Source of the DNA: Eledone cirrhosa
Taxonomy: Eukaryota
Length of the DNA stretch: 64,000 bases
NCBI GenBank assembly: GCA_964016885.1
Contig: OZ024741.1
Coordinates: forward strand, 223,758,001 to 223,822,000
Reading direction: 5' to 3'
Made by a program: the position numbers and the translations under genes. This document shows, piece by piece, positions 52,950 to 64,000 of this stretch (positions are counted from its first letter, which is position 1; every line of letters starts with the position of its first letter). Below the pieces are notes generated by a model that worked only from the letters and a program-made list of their open reading frames with translations, did no database searches and was not told the origin of the DNA.

Positions 52950-54560
52950 GTAGATAAGGTAATTGTTGTAAATAGAGTGAACAAGAGAATTATTAAGCTT
53001 AGACTAATACTAAATAGAACAACTGTAACAACTATATCTGCGTATTTACCTCAATCTGGACTGTTAGACGAACTAAAAGACAGTTTTTACAAATCCCTAA
53101 TGCACACTACTACCCTAATAAGCAATGATGACTTCATAAACGTTGCAGCCAACAGACATGTTGAGCAACACTGATGATCTCTATAAAGCCAGAGGTTTTG
53201 GGTTTGGCACGAGAAATGAGGACAGTTTCAGGCTCCTGGAATTCTGTGACACCAACGATCTGACTGTAACACACATTTTAAAAAAACAGAAAACCACTTG
53301 ATTACCTATAGATCAGGTGAGCATGCCAGCCAAATATCCTCACCAGAACATGAGATAGTGACAATAGTAAAAACAAAATCATTCCCTGGTAAGTAATGCA
53401 CCTTCCAACATAACCTAGTAGTTACTGATTTCATAGGTTAGGCTTGATGAACCTGGAAGGACAAATTTAGAGGTATTTTGCTTGATGCTTTCGTCAGTTA
53501 AGGAAGAACAAATAGAAACACACAATATAGAGAAGCAGTAGGAGAAATTATATTTGTAGCTAGAGCAGGGCTACAGGGAAGAGAGTGATTTGGTGGTGGA
53601 ACTGTAGGGTGGATGAAACAATTAAGACCAAGGAACAGGCTTGAAAAGAATGACAGAATGGAGGAGCAGAGAACACTACCAGGAAGCTGGGTGAGAAATT
53701 AGGCAGCAAGTATACTTTACAAAGAAGGAAGCAGAAAAAATATATATAAGCATTTTTTGTGTCAGGGAAAATTGTGATGTTGTTGGGTAGAAGTGTGTCT
53801 GTGATAATGGCACATTTGCATAGAAAGTAGCATGGAAATGCCCTTATGAAAGACTAGTGAATGAGGAGAATGCAAAGGAGGAAGTGGATCCAACAGAGGG
53901 ACCATCTGTGCAAGTCAGCAGTAATATAAGGCAGTCAAAGATATGAAGACAGGCAAAGCAGTTGGACCTTCGGGGATAGTTGTTGAGATGCTGAAAGCAT
54001 CTGGGAATGTGGGTTACACTTTAACTACTTGTATCTTAATAATACAGAATGGTGTCATAACCAATGACTAGCATAGTAACTGCGTCGTGAAGGATAAAGG
54101 GGAAGAACTAGACAGGAAACTATAGAGGCATCAATTTGATGGACCAGGTCATGAAGGTCACAGAAAGAATTATTGCTCAGCTGATTAGAGGCTGAGTTAA
54201 CCTACATAAAATGCAGTGTGATTTGTGCCAGGTAAAAGTACCACAGATGCCCTTTTCCTTGTGAGGCAACTACAGCTAAAAGTAAACCCCTCTACTTGGC
54301 ATTCGTTGAGCCGGAGAAAGGTTTTTGATAGAGTCCCCTGTTCCATAATCTGGTGGGCTCTTAGAAACCTAGGGGTAGATGAATGGATTGTGAAGACAGT
54401 ACAAACCATGTACAGAGGAACAGTCAGCAAGCTTAGAATTAACAATGATCATAGTGGGGAATTTAGCATGTAAGTAGGTGTCCACCAGGGTTCTGTTCTT
54501 AGCCATCTGTTTATTAACATCATGCAGGCTAAAACAGAAAAGTTTAAGACTGGTTGTTTC
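52950..54560 (+). mobile_element. Old degenerate RTE LINE (endonuclease to RT)
   Basis: [52 protein letters not shown]; collinear with 23890-25730, many indels. Confidence 0.9.
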
Positions 54561-54699
54561 TTTTTCTTTTTTCCATCTCAAAGAATACTTAACCCAATTT
54601 TTTTCATTATTATTTATAGTGATTGACTATTGTTATAGTCATTTACGCTGGGACGACTACATTTCATATATATATATATATATGCACACACAACTTGAT

Positions 54700-55530
54700 A
54701 AAAACGAGCTACACTCCGCAGCGCTCCGTGCTACACCCAGACATCTCTCCTCGCTGACCTCGATACTTGTATCTGAGCAGCAGCCGAGGAGATATGCAAT
54801 GTCAAGTTTGACGACATAGGGTGGCAACAGGCCACTTTATCTGTCAGGTATGGCGGCCTTGGCCTTCGGTCGCCGATCTCATTAGCTTTGCCGGCGTATC
54901 TTTCGTCGGTAACCTCGTACAGCGTCCTCGTCAGCAGGGTTCTTCAAAACACAACAGAACCCTCTGTGTTCAGAGAACGTGGGACCGGCTGGGAGTTAGC
55001 CCAGTAGACGTCCCTCCTTCTTCTCCCCCCGTTGACGTCAAGTCCCCCCCCCCATGCACTTGGGATGCCATCCAGTGCAGCCTGGCCTCAGACAGGCTCA
55101 TGCGCCAGCACCGCCTTGCTTGTTTTCGTGCGGCCTCCAAACGCCACAGTGGTGCCTGGCTCCATGGCATGACCATCTTCTCGTTCCGCGGTGGCAAACC
55201 CCTCGTCTGGGATGCCACTTGCACCGACACTCTCTGCAGCCGTAGCCTAGTGCAGTCTGCGACTGACCCAGGTTCTGCTGTACGTCGGGCGGAGGTGGCC
55301 AAACTCCTCAAATACCAGCCGCTCTCTGACAGGTTTGCGGTCGTACCCCTGGCAGTGGAGACTTCTGGTGTCCTCGGCCCCAGGGCTACCTCCTTACTCA
55401 CCATCATAGGCGCTGAGCTGCCCAGCCGCAGGTGTGAGCCCCGCGAGTTGGAGTGGCTTTTCCAGTGCGTCTCCCTTGCCGTCCTCCGGGGAAACGCCTT
55501 TTCCATTCTGTGGGTGGGCCCCATCGCGTA
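54700..55530 (+). mobile_element. CRE-clade non-LTR retrotransposon C-terminal fragment (restriction-like endonuclease)
   Basis: SGAWL, GKPLVWDATCTDT, AE..K..KY, VPLAVETSGVLG, LFQCVSLAVLRGNA; sharply GC-rich relative to the flanks. Confidence 0.8.
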
Positions 55531-56149
55531 CCGTTGTAGTTGTTGTAGAAGAAACAGGAAGACAACAACTGGAAACTACATGGTGGGTACTGAAAATTTA
55601 ATTAAACGATCTGAATCGATAGTACGTCTATATAGTTACTCGATCTGTTAAAAATTGCAGTCAAATTTCTTTTAGATAATACTCCACTCTCTTAAAAGGG
55701 ACATGTTGGATCAGACACACTTGTATCTGAATAAAAGCGAGGATGGTCACAACTTTTGAGCAGCACTAACTTAGTGTTATACAACAACAACCACCACCAC
55801 CACCACGTACTGAAACAGCATCACCATACCATCACCACTGTACTGATATGATACTTTTTAAAAAGTCAGTTGCCCTGCCTTACGGGACAATTCTAATAAA
55901 ACAAGACGAACTGAACACCCCAGTTTCCTTCCACCCCACCTCCCCACAGATAATTTACTCCATCTCCCCTTCCTTTATTTATTTGTTTTCCACCCCATGA
56001 ACGTCAGGCAAGTCGGTGCGTACCTTTATTTGTGTCCCTTGTTGACCCCGTTTCCTCAAACCCTACTTCCTTTGTCGGGATCCTCCGTCTCTCCTTATTA
56101 AAGCTATCGGTTTGTTTTCGTTGGTTTCTGGAATATCTAAAAAAGAAAG

Positions 56150-58217
56150 CTATTTTATCTATCTTTCTCTCTCTCTCTCTCTCTCTCTATCTCTATCTAT
56201 CTATCTATCAGTTTGTCTGTCTCTTTCTCTCCCCCTTATTTTCTACAGTGTGTAAAGGGGTATTGCATCCTCACTATAATTCTACAGAATTTTAGCTGTC
56301 TTTCGCTCTGCCTCTTTTACTTCTCATATCCTCTAATGTTTCTCTTGTTCCCTTTATATATTCATCTCTCTGTTACTCAGTTCTTTTATCTTCCCCTCTT
56401 ACTTCCTTCTCAATACTCTTATATACTTTCAACTTTCTACCACTCTTTTTTTATTTTCTCTCTTCTCTATCACTAATTTTGTTTTCCGCTTTCTCTTTCA
56501 TATATCACAAGCTTTCCTTTCCTTTTTTTTTTGGCACTCAATTCCCTCCTCCCTCTCTTCCTCAAATTCCCCATGTACATTCTTCTAACTCTCACACTAT
56601 CTTTTTTCATCAACTTTCTCTATTCTATTACCTCCCCTCTCTTGTTTTCTTTTATCTTTTTTCCTCATCCCCACCAATATTCTCTATGTCTACGTCTCCT
56701 TCTTTTTTCTCTTTCTATCTTTGTCCCCCACCCTTGTTTCTAGCCTTTCGTTCTCTATCGATGTCCCCTTTTTTACTACCCTTTCTCTCTATCTCAATGT
56801 TCCCTTCTTTTTTTATCCTTTCTCTGTCTCTCACTAAGCTATTTTGATATTTTCTCTTTCTTTATCTATCACTACTCTATCGCATCTACTTCCCACACAT
56901 TTTCGTCATTCGTTTTCCCATGTTTTTTCTTTATCTTTTTTATCCTCTCTCCGTTTCCCTTTAATTGTGTATGTATGTGTATGTATGTGTGTGTATGTAT
57001 GTATATATAGTGTGTGTGTGCGTTTGTCACTATGGACTTGCTAATATTTACATGTGTGTGAGTATATCATGCGTATGTACAGCTTTCCTATTTATTCTTC
57101 TCTGTTTCTCTCACTACAATTTCTTTCTCTGCTCGCTTCACTCTATATATATATTCACATTCTCACGTGCAGGCAGTCTCTCTTCTCTTTCTGCCCCTCT
57201 TTCTCCTCAGATCTACACATACTTTCTATCTTTTCTTTCACTCTTCACTTCTCTCTGCCTTTCTGTCTCCCTCTTCACTTCTCTCTGCCTTTCTCTCTCA
57301 CTCTTCACTCCTCTCTTTCCCTCCCACTTTCTCATACATACTTTCTCTTTCTACGCTTCTCTTCTACTCTGAACTCTCATGAAAATATTCAATAAAGTGA
57401 GAGGTAGTAAGCATCTCTCTATCCCCCCCCCCCTGTCTATCTACATACACATGAAAGAGAGAGAGGGGTGAATCTGAGTGGTAAACAAATAGAGAAAGAA
57501 ATGTCTCTTTCGTGTGTATGTGTGTCCGTCTGTATAAACCACTCACTCCTACTCACAATATCTCTTTGTTGTACTCTACTCCCCATATCTTGTCTCTCTC
57601 CTTTCTCTATTTCTTTCCAATTCTCTTTCCTATTTCATTCTCTCTCCTTCTATTTCATTCTATATCCCTTTCTGCAAAGATCAAAGTATAAATACTTCAT
57701 TATTACTATTCTCTCTTTCTTTTTCTTTCTGTTTTAATTCCCTCTACGTCTTTCATTCATTTTCATTCACCGTTATTCTTTCAATTTTCTTCTCTGTTTA
57801 TTTTTCTTTTACGTTCTCTTTCTACTTTCATAGTTTCCTTATTTCCCTCTAGTTCATTCTTAGCTATTTTCATTTCCTTCTACTCCCCATTTTTTCAAAC
57901 CTTCACGTTTTCGTTTCCTCTTTTTCATTCTTATTCTCCCTCATTCCTTATTTCATCGAATCACTTTCGGTAGCAACAGCAGTATATCATTCTCTCATTC
58001 ATTCATTCTTGCTTATTCTTTTTATTTCACTCCTCCCCTACCCTTCCTACGTATTATTCGCTCTATTTTGATCTCATCTATATTTCCCTCTTTCCACTTC
58101 AATTTTACCTCTTTCATTCTTCTCTGTTATCTCTCTTTCTAATACTTCCACCTCCCATCTCTTTCATTCTTCCAGTTATTTGCATCCATTTTCATTTCTT
58201 TTTTGTATTTTCCATTC

Positions 58218-58315
<98 letters not shown>

Positions 58316-61300
58316 CCTCTGTGTTTTATTTTTGCTGCTTCATTCTGTATTTCCTTTGACTATCACTGTCTAAACTATTTTAAACATCAGCGCTTTCAGT
58401 CTTCACCTACTCTATCTGTTTGTCTGTCTATCTACCCCATTTATTTCTCTCTCTCTTATTATTTCTGAAATGTTCTTTTACTGTTTTTATTGCCCTCTTC
58501 TTTTACAAAAAGTGCCTTTCAAATTCTCACATATTTTTTCCTTTCACTTTCCCCTACCCTCTTCTTTTATTCTCTCACTTACCGCTCTACATATTTCCCT
58601 TTTCACCTTTCAATCTATCTCTTTCGTTTTATAATCCTTTTTATTTTCCTAACACTGCTTTCTCGTTTCTATATTTCACTGACTCCTATCTAATTGACTC
58701 TATGTACTTCAGTATATTTATATATATATATCTGCATATTCAAATATCTCTATATCTTTCTGTATATCCATATGTGCCTTTTTTTAACCTCGCCTCTCTA
58801 ATTTTTCTCCCACTGTTCTTTATATATTTATATATATATCCATTTCTCTCAAATAGACGACAATACAACTTCCGGTTTCTCTCTAATAGCCTTTCTCACC
58901 CCTTTTCCCGATTCTCATTCTTTCTCTTCTCTATTACCTCCCCTTCTCTCTCTTTTTATCTTTTCTTCTCATTAATTTCTTTGTCTTTATTCTTTTTAAC
59001 TTTTTTCTTTGATGCGGTTTCCTCTTTATCGTAGTACCCCCTCTATATATTCCATCTCTTTCTTTTGTTATTTGTTAGCTTTCATCTTTCCCCTTCACTT
59101 TCATTCAAATCTAAATTCTTCATTTACATCTCACGTCTCATAATTTTCATCTTTTTTTCTTATCTGATTTTCCTCGCAACACTATAATCATATTGAATTC
59201 TATCTTTTTTCATCGTTTTCCTTTCCTCTCTTTCCATCCCTCTCCCTTTTTCTATGTTCTTTCTTTCGTTCCATATCTCTCCCCCTTTCTGTATCCTTTT
59301 TATTTTCCTTTATGTTCCTTTCACTTTCTCCTGATCCTTTCTCTCGTTCTTCACCTCCCTTCTATCTCAGTTTTTATCCCTTTCTATTTCTCCATTCCCC
59401 TCTTTCTATCTCAGACTGTTCCTTTCTTCCCTTCTTCAATCCAATTTCTTATTCTATCTTCTTTTCTCCTTCTCCCTCTTTTCGTTAATCATATTTTATC
59501 CCATTTTTCTTTTCCTTTTCCCTTTCCTTTTCCTTTTCATCGCATCTTCTTTCCTTTCTTTACGAAACACTTTTTAACATCATTTCCTTTTTCGACCTAT
59601 ACTTTTTCTTTTCATTCTGTCATATTCTTCCTTACCGTCTTTCTCTTTCTCTTTTCACTTTTCATCTCTAGGCCTACATTCTTTTTTTTCTTCGCTATAT
59701 ATTAGTTCCTTTATTTTATCCCCCTTCACCATCTCTCTCTCTCTCTCTCTCTCTCCCTTCTCTCCTCTTTTTTCTTCGCTATATATTAGTTCCTTTATTT
59801 TATCCCCCTTCACCATCTCTCTCTCTCTCTCTCTCCCTTCTCTCCTCCTTTTTCTTCGCTATATATTAGTTCCTTTATTTTATCCCCCTTCACCATCTCT
59901 CTCTCTCCCTTCTCTCCTCTTTTTTCTTTGCTATATAAGTTCTTTTCTTTTCCCTCCTTTCTACTCTTTCTCTTCCCCTCTCTCTGTCTCCTTTCTCTCT
60001 TTCTAAACTGTCATACGTCCTACTTTCTATATACCAACTCTACTTCCTTCTCTTTCATTAGTTGTTTGCTTCTCCTCTATTACTCTATATTCATTCTTTT
60101 TCTTTCTTCTCTTCCTCCTCCTTATCTAATTATTCTTAGGTTTCTCTCCCCCTCTCTTTTATCCTTATCTCTCATCTCTTCCCCTTCACTTTCTACTGCA
60201 TCTCAAGTTTCCTCTTCCTCTCACTCTTATTCTAGATTTCTCTTTTCCGTAATCATTTTTTAATCGTTTCTCCTCACTCTCTCTCTTTCTCTGCTTTCCT
60301 TTACTTATCTCTCTCCCTCACCTCTCTCATTTTGCCTTTTCCTTTCACTATTCTTGCCTCCTAATACCTTTTTAACTCCTTAATCAGTTTCTTCCCCTTT
60401 CTTCTGTCTCCCATTTTCTGCCTTCTACCCCTCCTCTTTCTCTCCCTCTCTTTCTCACTGAGCCTCCACATACATTGAAATGTCTGTCTCTTTTTATCTC
60501 TCACACACCCTCTATTTTATATCATTTAGTTAAACGTCTCTCTTTTTTTACTCTATCTTTACCTCCTCACTTCACTCTCTATCTCATCTTCTTACGTTTA
60601 TTTCTACCTTTTCCCTCTCATCGCTCACTATTTCACAACGATCTTTCTTTCTTTCTCCGTATCCCAATCTCTCTCTCCTTCTCACATCGATCTTTACTCT
60701 TTCTACAACTTTTTTTCCTTCTCCAACGCGTTACATTTACTCTTTCTACATCTCTCTATTCACCCCTCTCTCTTTAGTTTTCTGTCTCGCACTTACTCTT
60801 ATTCTCTCTTCTAGATTTCTATCTCTTTCACCCTATTTTACACATACTTCTCTTAACCTATTGCTCTTTCCCCCTTCTTTTCAGCCTATCTTTCTCCCCG
60901 TCCTCTCCCTCTCTATCTGGCTTTTCTGCCAACTCATCCCCATTCCCTCTTCCTTTACCCTTCTCTCTCTCCCATTCTCCCATTCTATTTTTCTGTTTTT
61001 ACTACATTACTTTCTAACATTAATGTTTCATCCCTTCTCTCTCTTTTTTTCTCTCTCTCCTATCATTTTCTAGCTTCGCTTTTATTCTATCTATTTCTTT
61101 CTCTCTTCCTCCCATTTTAATATCCTCTTTCTCTTTTCCTCTTCATAATTTTCTATATAATATCTCCCATTTTCTCTGCCTTTCTTTCTCTCTCTATCTA
61201 TATATATTACCACCACTCCAATACAATCACAACTGTCAAATCATCCCTTACTTTCTTTCTCTTGTAAAATATTAACCATCGCTACCATCTCTGCCACTAC

Positions 61301-61610
61301 TATCACCATGACCGATTCTTTTTACCTCACTCTTTCCTTTCCCTCTCACCCACCCCCAATATTTTCATCGTTAACATCTCCACCGCCATCATTTCGTCGT
61401 ATTGCATACCCCACCACCATTAACACAACTATCACTCTTACTACCATCACTAATACTACAACTATTCGCTACTACCATCACCACATCACCTCCACTATCA
61501 CTGCATTTGTTCTCTCTCCCTCCCTTCCTTTCTATCTCTCCCCCTCCCTCCCTTTCTTTCTATCTCTCCCTCCCTCCCTTTCTTTCTATCTCTATCTCTC
61601 TCTCCTCAAT
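56150..61610 (+). repeat. ~5.4-kb polypyrimidine (C/T-biased) low-complexity tract
   Basis: Plus strand strongly G-depleted; includes (CT)n at 58222-58310 and a ~65-bp triplication at 59685-59940. Confidence 0.9.
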
Positions 61611-63049
61611 TTACAAATGGATACTGATGAATAAGTGGCATATAGTTAGAAACAGAGAGAGGGAGAATGAAAGAAAGGACAACAAAGAGAATAAGGGGGT
61701 GAGGGTTAGAGAGAGAGGCAGATGAAACTAGAGAGTGAGTGAAAAAATAAGAGAGAGAGGTGTAACTTTTTTCTGTTTAATTGATTTTCAGTCGTAACAT
61801 TCTTTTTTAAAATTAAAGTTGGACAGCAGAACCATAAGAATGACGACGAAGGTGGCAGTGGTGTTAGTAGTGTTGGCGACGGTGATAGTGGTGTTAATGG
61901 TGTTGACGACGGTGGTAGTGTTGGCGCTGACGATGGTGGAGATGATGATTACGATTATGATGACGTCGATGGTCATCATAATCATCATCATCATCATCAT
62001 GAAGATAAAAGAGAAAGAACTGAAGGCGGTGAGGGGCAGGTGAAAGATTACAACAACAACAAAAGCCAATGAGACAATTCGTCTGTCCATTTTTTTTTAT
62101 TGATTGATTGTCCATCATTGAAATGAGTTTAAGTTTATTTAAATTGAAGTGAAATTCTTCGTCTTGTATTTACCAATCGATCTCTTCCTTTTTATTCCTC
62201 ATTCAATCGCCCCCTCCGTCCGTTTCTCATCTTTTCCTCCTTTTATAGTTCTCCTCGCAACACGTTCTAATTCGGGTCCCACCTTGCTATTATTTAATTC
62301 CGTCTCACTGTGACTGTCACTAGATCTATGTGCGTGCGCACGCGTTTCTATGTGAAACTGTATCTACGTGTGTAACACGGTGTTTGTGTGTGTTTATGGA
62401 ACTGAGTGTATACGTTCGTGACACGCTGTTTATCTGGTGAATGTGGGAGTGTTCGTATAGTGTGTGTGTGGAACTGGGTCTGTGACACGCAGTAAATCAC
62501 TTGAATGTGGAAGTGTCTGTATTTGTATGTGTGAAACTAGATGTATACATGTGTGACACGGTGTATACCAGGTGAATGTGTATATGCGCATATTTGTATA
62601 TGTGTAGCTGTATAAGTGTGTGACGCGCTGTGCCATGGTTGTGTATATGTGTATGGAACTGTATGTGACACAGTGTGTATTGTTACGGTTGTGTATATGA
62701 GTGCGGTATGGTGTGTATGTTATTCTGTATATGTATGTGACACGGTGACTTTATATACGTCGAAGAGTGTGTCTATGTGTGTGTGAGAAATTATGGGTGA
62801 TACAGTCCGCGCATGTGCGTTACAGTATGTAACTGTGAATCTGCATTTCATTATATCTGTTTAATGTATGTGTATCTGGGAGAGTGAGATGTGTTATGTG
62901 TTCCACTGTATGTGACAGCTTGTATGGGTGATTATGTGTAGCTGTTTCTCTGAATGTGATATGTGTGCATGATGTGTTTTAAACTGTTACTCTGTTACTA
63001 ACACTGTGTGTTTCAGCAATATTCCCGTATGCTTCATTATAATAATAAG

Positions 63050-63233
63050 GCCAGTGGATTGGCAGAGTTGTTAGAGCACTGGACAAATGCTTAGCAATAT
63101 TTGTTCCGACTCTTTATGTTCTGGGTTCAAATCCCGCTCGATAAAGTAAAGTACCAGTAAAGAATTGGGTTGCTATAATCGACTTTACCCTGCCCCAAAA
63201 TTGTTGGCCTTGTGCCTAAATTAGAAATAATTA
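63050..63233 (+). mobile_element. SINE family 2 relative
   Basis: GTGGATTGGCAGAG head, GGTTCAAATCCC B-box, GGCCTTGTGCCTAAATTAGAAA tail. Confidence 0.8.
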
Positions 63234-64000
63234 TAAGAGGCTGCTTTTTTTAAGGATATTATATCAAATGAAATACTAGATAACTATTTATTTCTTAACT
63301 AAGGTGGTATCTAAAAATTGACTATATGTTAATTTTTGTAGCAACAGTACTCGTTAGGTGCAAAACCTTAAATAACTCAAAAGATTAGCTGAAACTAATC
63401 GTCGGGCATATATATTACGTGTAATAAGCCCTTCGTATCGATATATAACCAAAACATGGTAAATTATTAAACCTGTTATGTAATGTAAAAATATAAGGAT
63501 CAATAAGTTCACATATTTCTGTATCCCCCCTCCCACATACACACACACATACACAAAAATGTTATCGAAAGAAAGCAATCATCTTGCATGCATGATTATT
63601 CTGATATCGGAATCATTGATTGAAATATAATCTTCGGCGAAAACTAATGCTTTCTGGAGCAAAGATTTAGTTATTGAACGATCAAATTCAATTATGTCAA
63701 ACTGGGTAAATCTATATAGTTGCTTATTACTCTTGAACCAATTAATAATAGAATACTGTTATTTCGTAATGGCAAATTAATTGCCTGCTTAATTCTAAGA
63801 ATACTGAGATACTTTTACACTTTTTCTATGTATGTGTGGTGTCGGAGGGACGCCATCGAGATGTTCTGCATTTCTTGGGCACTTAAACATGGCGGAACCC
63901 ATGTCCTTTTCAGGTCTGAACACTGTCGATCTCTTCCAGAAGAAGAGAGAGAATGATAGAGAGAAAGTGAAAACAAATCGACCCCAGTACTGGAACAGTA

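Noticed and set aside
56032-61634. Phe/Ser/Leu-rich membrane-like ORFs (also 7845-9049)
   Set aside because: By-products of pyrimidine- or T-rich low complexity.
61620-61660. CTGATGA..GAAA (also near 10033 and 38409)
   Set aside because: No convincing stems I-III; compatible with chance.

Overview
This is AT-rich, microsatellite-saturated animal DNA with no recognisable host protein-coding gene. The SINE families and repeat density suggest a cephalopod (octopus-like), which is inference only. The window is a nest of transposable elements: many RTE-clade LINE copies (RT with an inserted PHD-type finger, (GAT)n tail), two CR1/L2-group LINE families, a CRE-clade RLE fragment, a mariner with an internal 103-bp array, Helitron-like and MITE remnants, modular tRNA-derived SINEs, minisatellites and a ~5.4-kb polypyrimidine tract. 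The strongest unexplained signal is a set of short non-coding inserts in (TA)n runs carrying minimal hammerhead-ribozyme motifs. Five are fold-back (palindromic) elements with outward-facing hammerhead cores on both strands, and four are solo motifs. They resemble Penelope-type pLTR or retrozyme products, but no cognate ORF is present in the window. All alignments and folds were done by eye, so coordinates are approximate to a few bases.
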